A stretch of DNA of 64,000 bases from the human T2T-CHM13v2.0 reference genome, Homo sapiens. Under the pieces are notes generated by a model. That model was not told the DNA's origin. It did no database searches and worked only from the letters and a program-made list of their open reading frames with translations. The first letter of the stretch is position 1; each line of letters starts with the position of its first letter. Location: assembly GCF_009914755.1 (NCBI RefSeq), contig NC_060927.1, one strand, 5' to 3'. A program made the position numbers and the translations under genes. Below are positions 42,098 through 53,761 of this stretch, piece after piece.

Positions 42098-43200
42098 TAA
42101 TGCCAGCAAAATGGCGGAATAAGAGTTCCTAGGCTTCACTTCCATCCATAGAAAATTCAACTAGTAACTATCCACAGACAAGAACATCTTTGTGAAAATG
42201 CTACAACTTGAGAACAGGACTGAGATGACTGCATGAACCACAGAACTGAACAAAATACCAAAAGAAGGGGTAAGAAAAATGATCTCACTGACTACATTGC
42301 TCTTTCCCTCCTGAAAATTGGCATGGCACCACACAGAGAGAAATCTCCAGGGCTCATGGTTTCTGCAGGGGGAAAAGATGATTACTAGCAGACATCAAAC
42401 TTCCTTAGTGTTCTGAGACACTTCTCAATATGCTCACTTCAGTCTCAACTCATGGGGAACACAGAGGGTAATGGCATAGCTAAACCACTGGAGTCAGGTA
42501 GAAACAAAACAAGAAGGAAGAGCTCACAGTGACTGGTGCACAGATCTTGGTGGTAACTCTGTACCTTCCAGTGGTGGTACTTGATCAGATGTACTACACA
42601 ATAACATAGTCCACCCACAAAGCTAAGCTGGTCCTTGGACAGCCAGCATTCAGGTGCAGCCTCAGACCCTACCTGAAATCCTTGCCCTAGGAAGGGGATG
42701 GTCACCAGAGTGCATTTCTACAAAGAGCAGGAGTTAGGGCTCAGCTTGACCTCAAAGCCTACTAGGGAAAAAGATAACCACCACAGTGCATTCTAGCAGA
42801 GGAGGGGCTAGTTCTGCCACACACAAGAGTTTAAACAATACTCACCTCAGCCTCAAAGTTTATCCCAAGGTCCCTCCCAGAAAGGAAGATGACCACCACA
42901 GTGCATTTCAGCCAGGTTGTTATAATCTTAAAAGAGCCTCTTATAAGCATAAGAGATTTTATGTAGCCTCATAATAGCAACAAATGAAAAATCTACAGTA
43001 GATTTAGAAAACATAAGCAAGAAGGGTTCAAAGCATACCACTATAGAAAACAATCAAATTATAAAGGACGAGAGAAACAAAAGAAGAGGCAAAATATACT
43101 CAAAGGAACCAGAAAACAAACTACAAAGCCATTTAGTAAGTCCTTATCTATCAATAATTACTTGTAAATAATTTAGATTATCTGATAAAAAGAGTGGCTG
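42098..43200 (+). mobile_element. Old L1MA 5' UTR plus inter-ORF region (ORF1 deleted)
   Basis: Start CAGCAAAATGGCGGAATAAG; ends AGTAAGTCCTTATCTATCAATAATTAC...TGATAAAAAGAGTGGCTG at the ORF2 start region. Confidence 0.8.
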
Positions 43201-45120
43201 GGGCTTGGGGTGATGTGACACAAGCACCCCTGTGTCCATTGCCACTGGGACTGTGCTAGAACAGACTGAAGCAAGAACACCTCTGGGTCTCACCCAAGGC
43301 CCGCTGTAACCATGAACTTGATATGGCCTACATTCTCTCAATGCCCTACAGCTCTACAATCTAGCTTTACAGGTTGTAAAGCTAGCCAGGCTTGTGTCCT
43401 TCCCTTCAAGGTCACAAGTTCCCCTAGACCTCAGATGTGCCTGGAGCCAGAGAATAGAGTCAAAAACCTTAGAAGTCTACGTCATGTTCTATTCTACTGT
43501 GGCTGAGCTGGCCCTCAAACCATGAAACAGAATTCTTCCCACCCTTGTTTTGCCTTTCCCCAAGCAGAAGAGTCTTACTGCATGGCCACCATCACCACAG
43601 GCCCACAGGGAGTACTTCCAAGCTACTTCCAGTGTTCACGTAAGTTCCAAGGGCTCGGCAGTCAGCTTGTGGTGAATGCTGCAAAGCCGTGGACTCACTC
43701 CCACATTGGTAGGCTCCCCTCTGATCTAGAGCATGTCCAGGAATGCTGTCCAAAAGCCAGGGACTAAAATTGGTGCCTTACTCCACAGTGTCCAAACTGA
43801 CACCTAAAATACAAGACAAAGTCCCCTTTACTTTTTTCTCTTCTTTTCTTAAGCAGGATTCTTTCACCAGAGTTACCACAGGTAGGAATGTGGTAGGTGT
43901 CACCCGAACCCAGCAAGTCTCATAGTTTCACTCAAGGACACAGTGTACTACCTACATATCACTACTGGTTATTCAGCAATCAGGAGCGCATTATTCGGCA
44001 AGTGATAGTTCCTGCCAGGGCTGGGTCCTTCCCTTGAAGGCAGTGGGATCTTGTCTTGCCCAGGGTGTTTCTAAAAATGTACAGAAGCTAAGGCCTAGAA
44101 TGGGGAGCCTCACAACTCTGGCCATTGCCCTGTCCTGCTATGGCTGAGCTGGTATCAAAGATGCAAAACACAAGTCCTCTTTACACTTTCCTCTACTCTC
44201 CTCAAGTAGAAAAAATAGGTTTTTTTTGGAGCCACAAGCTTTACTGTCAGGGGTTGGGGAAAGGGTGGTGTAAGCACTTCCTTAGCTGGCCCAGCTGGTG
44301 TTTCAATAAGTCACATGCTCCCAACTCCATTGGCTCCAAGCCCAAATCAGAACTAGGACTTGCAGTCTTCATGGCCTAAACTGCCTTTCATGTTTATTTA
44401 AGACCCCAGAGCACTTTTTTTGGTTGTGGGACTTACTATAACTCAAGTTCCAAGTGCAGGAATAGGCGATTCTCTTCTTGCTAGGGATTGTCTAAATGCT
44501 GCCTTCATGGGCAGACATCAACTGAGCTCAGCCCAATTTTGCTTTCCACTGTTACATGGCAGCACTATGTTCAATGCAAAGTCTCATCATCACTGTGCTC
44601 TCCCTCTCCCACATGCACAGACTTCTCTGTACAATATGGCTGCTGCTGGAGAATGAGGGAGGGGTGTCATCAGCAATTCAAGACTGTCTTTCTTACCCTC
44701 TTCCGTGCCTCTTTTGGTGATATGAAGTTAGAACTAGGTACTCTGTGTTCTTACCTGATTTTTGGTTCTTATGAAGGCGCTTTTTACAAGCGCTTCTTTG
44801 GAGGTTCTAGCAGGGGAGCACAGCTATTTGTATACCCTTGACTGGAGAACAGTCTTCCTCTATGGGGGATGGACATCATCTTTGACCAAGCTCGCAGATT
44901 TGGAAGGGACACACATGGAGCACTGAGGGAGAAAAGGGGAAACCTGCCTAGCCAGTCAGATCAGCTGAATCAAGCGTGACAATCAGTTGGGTCACAGATG
45001 TTGCAGCCAGATTGCCCTCAAACCCTGAAGGCACTTTTTAAATGTAGATAGCTATTAAATTCGGTGTTCCTGCATGGGAAACAATCAGTGGTGTCCTTTT
45101 TTCCACCATCTTGCTTCACC
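43201..45120 (-). mobile_element. L1MA2/3-type 5' UTR (inside the inverted block)
   Basis: Minus-strand start GGTGAAGCAAGATGGTGGAA; GC-rich modular repeats (TGGCTGAGCTGG, TCCTTCCCTT(C/G)AAGG) typical of L1M1/MA 5' ends. Confidence 0.8.
44787..45025 (-). pseudogene. RN7SKP: 7SK snRNA processed pseudogene, nt 1 to ~235, 3'-truncated, no poly(A)
   Basis: Minus strand GGGTTTGAGGGCAATCTGGCTGCAACATCTGT...GTCAAGGGTATACAAATAGCTGTGCTCCCCTGCTAGAACCTCCAAA is colinear with 7SK; 15-bp TSD TGAAGGC(G/A)CTTTTTA at 44772-44786 and 45026-45040. Confidence 0.95.
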
Positions 45121-45299
45121 ATTGCTATTCTTTATTAATTATTGGTCTGGATGATGTGTCCATTGTTGAGAGTTGGTTATTAAAGTCCCATAATATGATT
45201 GTATTGCAATCTCTATCTCACTGCAGAGTCTTTACATTTTTTTGGTCATTAAAGTCCCATAGTATGATTCTATTGCAATCTCTCTCTCACTGCAGTCTT

Positions 45300-45578
45300 T
45301 AATTAATTAATTAATTAATTTTAAAAAAAATTTTACTTTAAGTTCTGGCATACATGTGCAGAACGTGCAGGTTTGTTACATAGGTATACATGTGTCACGG
45401 TGGTTTGCTGCACATATCAACCCATCGTCCAGGTTTTAAGCCCCACATGTATTAGCTATTTGTCCTGATGCTCTCCCTCCCCTCCCCTCCCCCCAACATG
45501 CCCTGGTGTGTGTTGTTCCCCTCCCTGTGTCCACATGTTCTCATTTTTAAGCTCTCACTTATGACTAAGAACATGCAG
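45300..45578 (-). mobile_element. L1PA8A/10-like 3' end
   Basis: AGGTTTTAAGCCCCACATGTATTAGCTATTTGTCCTGATGCTCTCCCTCC; (TTAA)n-decayed tail. Confidence 0.88.
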
Positions 45579-45791
45579 TTAATTTTTTATAAATATATTT
45601 AGGTGCTCCAATGTTGGGGGGCATGTATATTTATGATTGTTATACATTCTTGATTATTTGACCCTTTAATCATTACTTAATGATTATTTTCCTCTCTTTT
45701 TATAGCTTACGCCTTAACGTTTATTTTTTATGTTATAAATGTAGCTACTTTTGCTCTTTCTCTCTTTTGGTATTTATTTACATGTAATAGC

Positions 45792-46112
45792 CTTTCTTTC
45801 TTTCTTTCTTTATTCTTTTTCTTTTATTTTTAGACAGAGTCTCACTGTCTCACCCAGGCTGTAGTGCAGTGGCACAATCTCAGCTCACTGTACCCTCCAC
45901 CTCCCAGGTTCAAGCAATTCTCCTGTCTCAGCCTCCTGAGTAGCTAGGACTACAGGCAAGTGCTACCACACCTGGCTAATTTTGTATTTTTTAGTAGAGG
46001 AGGGATTTCACAATGTTGGCCAGGCTGGTCTCAAACTTTTGACCTTGGGTGATCCACCTGCCTCGGCCTCCCAAAATGCTGGTATTACATACGTGAGCCA
46101 CTGTGCCCAGTC
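45792..46112 (-). mobile_element. AluS, full length
   Basis: Antisense dimer ending GTGAGCCACTGTGCCCAGTC; T-rich tail 45792-45831. Confidence 0.93.
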
Positions 46113-46246
46113 TGGAAGTAATATTTTTTCCATCCCTTCCCTTTCAGCTATGCATATCTTTAAAGGTTAGGTAAGCCTCCTACAGGCAGCATCTAGTTGA
46201 GTCTTGTTGTTTTAAAAAATTCAGTGCAGCCACTCTGTCTTTTTAT

Positions 46247-46567
46247 CATATTGATTTTGTATCCTGAGGAGACTGCTTAAGTTGCTTATCAGCTTAAGGA
46301 GATTTTGGGCTGAGACAATGAGGTTTTCTAAATATACAACATGTCATCTGCAAACAGAGACAATTTGACTTCCTCTTTTCCTAATTGGATGCCATTTATT
46401 TCTTTCTCTTGCCTGATTGCCATGGTCAGAACATTCAATAACGTGTTGAATAGGAGTGGTGAGAGAGGGCATCCTTATCTTCTGCCAGTTTTCAAAAAGA
46501 ATACTTCCAGCTTTTGCCCATTCAGTATGATATTGGCTGCGGGTTTGTCATAAATAGTTCTTATTAT
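46247..46567 (-). mobile_element. Inverted 5' segment of a twin-primed L1PA7/8
   Basis: Antisense RT-region sequence (TTGATTTTGTATCCTGAG...GGGTTTGTCATAAATAG) switching to sense at ~46567. Confidence 0.9.
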
Positions 46568-47840
46568 CTACAACCATCTGATCTTTGACAAACATGAAAT
46601 AAACAATGAGGAAGAGATTCCCTATTTAATAAATGGTGTCAGAAAAACTGGCTAGCCGTATGCAGAAAGCTGTTGGATCTCTTCCTTACATCTTATACAA
46701 AAATTAATGTAAGATGGATTAAAGACTTAAACCATAAAAAACCCTAGAAGAAAACCAAGGCAATACCATTCAGGACATAGGCATGGGCAAAGACTTCATG
46801 ACTAAATCACCAAAAGCAATGGTAACAAAAGCCAAAATTGACAAATGGGATCTGATTAAACTAAAGAGCTTCTGCACAGCAAAAGAAACTATCATCAGAG
46901 TCAACAGGCAGCCTACTGAATGGGAGAAAAGTTTTACAATCTATCCATCTGACAAAGGGCTAATATCCAGAACCTACAATGAACTTAAATAAATTTACAA
47001 GAAAAGCAACCCCATCAAAAAGTGGGCAAAGGACGTGAGCAGACACATCTCAAAAGAAGACATATATGCAGCCAACAAACATATGAAAAAAAGCTCATCA
47101 TCACTGATAATTAGAGAAATGCAAATCGAAACCACAATGAGATACCGTCTCATGCCAATTAGAATGATGATCATTCAAAAAGTCAGGAAACAACAGATGC
47201 TGTAGAGGATGTGGAGAAATAGGAAGGCTTTTAGACTGTTGGTGGGAGTGTAATTAGTTCAACCACTGTGGAAGACAGTGTGGTGATTCCTCAAGGATCT
47301 AGAACCAGAAATACGATTTGACACAGTGATCCCATTACTGGGTATGTACTCAAAGGATTATATATCATTCTACTATAAAGACACATGCACACGTATGTTT
47401 ATTGTGGCACTGTTCACAATAGCAAAGAGTTGGAACCAACTCAAATGCCCATCAATGATAGACTAGATAAAGAGAAGTGGCACATATGCACCATGGAATA
47501 CTATGCAGCCATAAAAAAGGATGAGTTCAAGTCTTTTGCAAGGACATGGATGAAGCTGAAAATCTTCTTTCTCAGCAAACTAACACAAGAACTAAAAACC
47601 AAACACCACACATTCTCACTGATAAGTGGGAGTTGAACAATGAGAGCACATGGACACAGGGTGGACATCACACCCCGGGGCCTGTCAGAGTCGGGGGAGC
47701 TGAAGGAGGGATAGCAGTAGGAGAAATAGCTAATGTAGATGACTGGTTGATGTATGCAGAAAACCACCATGACGCATGTATACCTACATAACAAACCTGC
47801 ACATTCTGCACATGTATCCCAGAACTTAAAATATACATTT

Positions 47841-47873
<33 letters not shown>

Positions 47874-47875
47874 GT
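46568..47875 (+). mobile_element. L1PA7/8 3' segment
   Basis: [35 protein letters not shown]; 3' UTR GGAGAAATAGCTAATGTAGATGAC...ATGTATCCCAGAACTTAAA; tail converted to (TA)n. Confidence 0.93.
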
Positions 47876-49730
47876 AAAATCACCAAAAAAAAGAAAGGGT
47901 TGTGTAAAATAGTGATGATTACAATAAAAAATTCTATGTACAAAATTCTTTACTTGAGCTAAAAAATCCCATTATAAGACCCAAATTAGAGTTACAGCAA
48001 TGCAAAAATGTAAAATAAGGGAAAAGGGAACATTCTAGTTATTTTTCTACCTAATATTACCTATACAAATGAATCATATAAAAAATTTATTGTAATTGTA
48101 ATTTATTGTAATAAAAAATAATTAAATATCAATAGTTTCATAAGACAAAAAAATTTTAAAAATGAAATAATATCAAGCATCTTCTCTGAACACAATGAAA
48201 TGAAACTAAAAATCAATAACAAGAGGGATTTTGGAAAATATACATTGAAATTAAACAATATGTTCTTGTATGACCAGTGGGTCAATGAAAAAAATTAAGA
48301 AGAAACCTGAAATTTTTTTGAAACATATAATGGAAACACAATACCCCAGAACCTATGACCTACAGCAAAAGCAGTGTTGGGAGGGAAGTTTACAGCTATA
48401 AGTACCACATCAAAAAAAGAAGAAAAACTTCAAATAAACAACCTAAGAATTCATCTTAAAGAATGAGTAAAAGAATAAGAAGCTAAACCCCAAATTAGTA
48501 GAGGAAAAGAAATAATAAAGATCAGAGCAGAGATAAATGACATTGAAATGAAGGAAAAATATATCAACAAAACAAAAAGGTGGATTTTTGAAAAAATGAG
48601 ACAAATTGACAGATCTTTAGTAAGAGTAAGAAAAAAGAGAGATGACATGAATAAATAAATAAATAAATAAATAAAAATATAAAAAGGAGACATTACCACT
48701 GATACCACAGAAATTCAAGATTATTAATGTCTACTATGATCAACTATATGCCAATAAATTGGAAAATCTAGAAAAATGCATAAATTCCTAGTCGCATACA
48801 ATCTACCAAGCTTGTGTCATGAAGAATTCCAAAACCTGAACAGACCAACAACAAGCAATGAGCTTGAAGCCATAATAAAAATCTCCCAGTGAAGTAAAGT
48901 CTGGGACCCAATAGCTTCACTGCTGAAATTTAACAAACATTTAAAGAAGACATAATATCCATCATACTCAAAGTATTCTTAAAAATAGAAGAGGAAGGAA
49001 TACTTCCAAATTCATTCTTTGAAGCTGTATTACCTAGATACCAAAGTCAGACAAAGACACATCAACAAAAACTGTAAATAAATACACCACAAAACTAGAG
49101 GCCAATTCATTGATGAATATTGATGAAAAATCCTCAACAAAATACTAGCACACTGAATTTAACAACACATTAAAAAGATCATTCATCAAGACAGTGGAAT
49201 TTGTCACTCAGATGCAAGAATGGATCAACATGTGCAAATCAGTGAATGTGATACATCATATCAACAGAATGAAGGATAGAGACCATATGATCATTTGGAT
49301 TGATGCTGAAAAAGCACAAGATAAAATTCAACATCACTTTACAATAAAATCCTTCAATAAATTGGTGCTAGAAAGAACATACCTAAACATAGTTAAAGCC
49401 ATATATGACAGACACAGAGCTAATATCATACTAAATGGGGAAAAACTGAAATACTTTTCTCTGAGATCAGGAACATGATAAGAATGCCTACTTTCACTAC
49501 CGTTATTTAGCATAGTACCTGCAGTCCTAGCTAGAGGAACCAGACAAGAGAAAGAAAGAAAGGGCATCCAAGTTGGAAAGGAAAATAAGAAGTCAAATTT
49601 TCCTTGTTTGAAGATGATATGATCTAGTATTTGGAAACACATAAAGAATCCACTAAATAATGGTTAGAACTGATAAATCCAGTAACATTGCTAGATACAA
49701 AATTAACATGTGAAAATCAGTGGGCTTTCT

Positions 49731-49937
49731 CTCTCTCCCTCTGTCTTTTTCTCTCTTTCTCCCTTCCTTCCTTCCTTCTTCCTTCCTTCCTCCCTTCCTT
49801 CCCTTCCTTCCCTTCCTTCCCTTCTTTCCCTTCTTTTGTTCTTCCCTTCTTTCCCTTCTTTCCATCTTTCTTTCTTTTCTTTCTTTCTTTCTTTTTTTCT
49901 TTCCTTCCTTCCTTCCTTCCTTCCTTCCTTCCTTCCT

Positions 49938-50010
<73 letters not shown>

Positions 50011-50021
50011 TTCCTTTCTTT
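49731..50021. repeat. ~290-bp (CT)/(CCTT)/(CTTT) polypyrimidine microsatellite derived from an Alu tail
   Basis: Seen directly; lies between the Alu 3' end and its TSD. Confidence 0.95.
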
Positions 50022-50285
50022 AGATAGACTCTTGCTCTATCCTCCAGGCAGTGATGCAATCTCAGCTCACTGCAACCTCCACCTGCCAGGTTCAAGAGAT
50101 TCTCATGCCGCAGCCTCCCAAATAGCTGGGATTATAGGCACATGCCAACATACCCAGCTAATTTTTTTATTGTTGGGGTTTCTCCATGTTGGCCAGGCTG
50201 GTCTCGAACTTCTGACCTGAGGTGATCTGCTCATCTCGGCCTCCCAAAGTGCTGGGATTACAGACGTGAGCCTCCATGCCCAGTC
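50022..50285 (-). mobile_element. AluS inserted in L1MA2/3 ORF2
   Basis: Antisense Alu; TSD AAAATCAGTGG(G)CTTT(T)CT at 49713-49730 and ~50287-50304. Confidence 0.93.
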
Positions 50286-52118
50286 AAAAATCAGTGGCTT
50301 TTCTATATGCAAACAATGAACATCTGACAAAGACCTTAAGAGTGTAATCCTACTTACAATAGCTATAGGTAAAATAAAATACATATAAATTAATTTGACC
50401 AAAGAAGTAAAAGATCCCTACATGAAAACTATAAAGTATTGATGTAAGAAATTGAAGAAGACCCCAAAAAATGGAATGATAGTCCATGTTGTTAGAATGG
50501 CAGAATCAATATTGTTAAAATGTCCATATTATCCAAGGCAATCTATTTATTTATTGCAATCTCTATCAAAATACTAATGACACTCTTCACAGGAATAGAT
50601 AAAATAATCCTAAAATTTATACAAAACCACAAAACACCCAGGATAGCCAAAGCTAACCTAAGCAAAAAGAACAAAATTGGAGGAATTACACTACCTGACT
50701 TGAAATTATACTATGGAGCTATAGTAACCAAAACAGCATGGTACTTGTGGAAAAGTAGACACATAAATCATTGGAGCAAAATATAGAACCCAGAAGGAAA
50801 TACATACATCTATAGTGAATTCATTTTTGACAGAGGTGCAAAGAACATACATTGGAAAACATAATCTGTTCATTAAGTGGTACTGGGAAAACTGAATATT
50901 CATATCCATTTCTCACCCATATACAAAAATACAATCAAAATGAATTAAAGTCTTAGATCTATGACCTTGAACTGTGAAACTACTGCAAGAAACCATTGGG
51001 CAAACTGTCCAGAAAATTAGATTGGGCAAATATTTTTTGATTAAGACCCCACAAGCATAGGAAACCAAAGCAAAAATGGACAAATTAGATCACATCAAGG
51101 TAAAAAATATGACAAATTGGATTATATCCTGCTACACAGCCAAAGATACAATCAACAAAGTGAAGAGGCAACCCACAGAATGGGAGAAGGTATTTGGAAA
51201 CTACCCATCTGACAAGGGATTAATAACTAGAATATATAAGGAACTCAATTCTATATGAAAAAAATAAAATAATTTGATTGAAAAATGGGCAAAAGACCTG
51301 AATAGATATTTCTTACCCCAGTAAAAATGGCTTTTATCCAAAATGCAGGTAATATTAGTACAAACACTACGTAGAACAGTTTGGATTTTTCCTCTAAAAA
51401 TGCTAAAAATAGAGCTATCATATGATCCAGCAATCTGACTGCTGGGTACATACCCCAAAGAAAGGAAATCAGTATATCAAAGAGATATCTGCACTCCCAT
51501 GTTTATTGCAGCACTGTTCGCAATAGCCAAGATTTGGAAGACACATAAATATCCATCAATAGATGAATGGATAAAGAAAATATGGTACATACCCAATGGA
51601 GTACTATTTAGCCATATAAAATATTGAGATTCTATCATTTGCAACAACTTGGTTGGAACTGGAGGTCATTATATTTACTGAAATAAGCCAAGCATGGAAA
51701 GACCAACTTCACATGTTCCCACTTCTTTGTGGGAGGTAAAAATTAAAACAACTGAACTCATGGAGATAGAAAGTAGAAGCATGGTTACTAGATGCTGGGA
51801 AGGGTAGTGGGGTGTTGGGGAGAAGTAGGAATTGTTAATGAGTACAACAAATAGTTGGAAAGAATAAATAAGGCCTAGTATTTGGTAGCACAACAGGGTG
51901 GCTATAGCCAAAAATCATTTAATTATACTTTTTAAAATTAATAAACTGATATAATTAGATCATTTGTAACACAAAGGGTAAATGCTTGAGGTGACAGATA
52001 CCCAATTTTCCCTGTAGTGATGATTACACATTGCATGTCTGTATCAAAATATTTCATATAACCCATAAATATATACAACTACTATGTACTCACAAAATTA
52101 AAAATAAAAACTAAAAAA

Positions 52119-53716
52119 AATTAATAAGGAAACGTCACATTTGAACTATACTTTAGACCAAATGAACGTTAGAGACATATATAGAAGATTGCACTCAAAA
52201 GCAACACAATACACATTCTTCTCAAGGGCACACAAAATGTTCTCCAAGATAGATAATATCTTAGGCCACAGAACAAGCCTAAACACATTTAAGAAAACTG
52301 AAATTACATCAGTTATCTTTTTCTGAACTTAATGATGTGAAGCCAGAAATTGCTAACAAAAGAAATCTTAGAAAATCCAAAAATACATAGAAATTAACAA
52401 CATACTCCTGAACAACTAGTGGGTCAAAGAAGATATCAAACAGCAAATTAAAAATACTTTGAGACAAATAGAAATAGACGTGCACATACCAAAAATTCTG
52501 AGATGCAGCAAAAGCAGCCCTAAGGGAGAAATTTACAACAATAAATGGCTATTTTAAAAAGGAAGACATATTTCAAGTCAATAACCTAACATTGCATCTC
52601 AAGGCACTAGAAAAAGAACAGACTAAATCCAAAATTATCAAAAAGAAGGAAATAAAAGGGACATCAAAGCAGAAATCAATAAAACAAAGACAAAAAAAGA
52701 AAAAAATAAAAAAGTATTGTTTTTTATAAAGAATAAACAAAACTGACAATTAGCTATACTGAGAAAAATAAAAAGAAGTCTCAAATAAATAAAACTAGAA
52801 ATGAAAGAGAAATGACAATTGAAACTACAGATATACAAAACATCATAAGAGATTACTATGAACAGTTTTATGAGAACAAATTAGGTAACCCTTAAGAAAC
52901 ATATAAATTCCTAAAAATATATAACCTACCAAGTCTGAATTCCAAAGAAATAAAAAATCTAAACAAACCAGTAAAAGGTAAGCAGATTGAACCAATAATT
53001 TAAAGTCTCTAATGAAAGAAAAGCTCAGGGCATAATGGCTTCTTTCTGAATTCTACCAAACATTTGAAGAAGAACTGATACCAATCATTCTCAAAATTTC
53101 ACATAGAATACTTTCTGGTTATTTTTTCTATGAGGCCAGCATCACTCAGATACCAAAACCAGAAAAGGACATTAAAAAAAAAATTCAGGCCAATAACACT
53201 GATGAACATAGATTAAAAAATCCTCATCAGAATACTAGCAACCCAATTCAAAAGCACATTGAAAGCATCATTTACCTTGATTAAGTGGGATTTCCCCCAG
53301 GAATTCAAGAATGGTTTAACAGATGTATATCTATAAATGTGATATACCACATTAACATAATAAAAGATGAAAGCTATACAATCATATCATTAGATGCAGA
53401 AATAGCATTTGAAAAAAATAAACATCACTTTGTTATAAAAAACTGTCAACAGATTAGGTACAGTTGAGGAAGAAATGTCCCTCAACACAATAAAGGCCAT
53501 ATATGACAAACTGGCACATAACGTTACAATCAACAGTGCAAAGTTTAAAGCTTTTCCTCTAAGATCAGAAGCAGAACAAGAATATTCTCTTTTGCCATTT
53601 CTATTTAATATAGAACTGGAAGTCCTAGAACAATTAGGCAAATGAATACATAAAAGGCATTTGAATAGAAAAGGAATAAGTGAAATTGTTGCTTTTTGCT
53701 GATGGCATGATCTTTC

Positions 53717-53761
<45 letters not shown>

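Larger units (their letters stand above)
45121..46248 (-). mobile_element. Old L1MA ORF2 endonuclease region (inside the inverted block)
   Basis: GGTCTGGATGATGTGTCCATTGTTGAGAG, AGGTGCTCCAATGTTGGG, TACAGGCAGCATCTAGTTGAGTC and CAGCCACTCTGTCTTTT are antisense EN-domain sequence. Confidence 0.85.
48147..52120 (+). mobile_element. L1MA2/3 ORF2 and 3' UTR
   Basis: ORF2 remnants ([28 protein letters not shown]); 3' UTR TAGCACAACAGGGTG...ATGCTTGAGGTGAC...ACTATGTACTCACAAAATTAAAAATAAAAA. Confidence 0.9.

Noticed and set aside
43200-44850. GC-richer block with many ORFs and internal repeats, superficially gene-like
   Set aside because: Explained as an antisense L1MA 5' UTR with its modular repeats
49653-50220. 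Overlapping long ORFs rich in F/L/S/P or K/E/R/G
   Set aside because: Translation of a stop-free CT microsatellite plus Alu sequence
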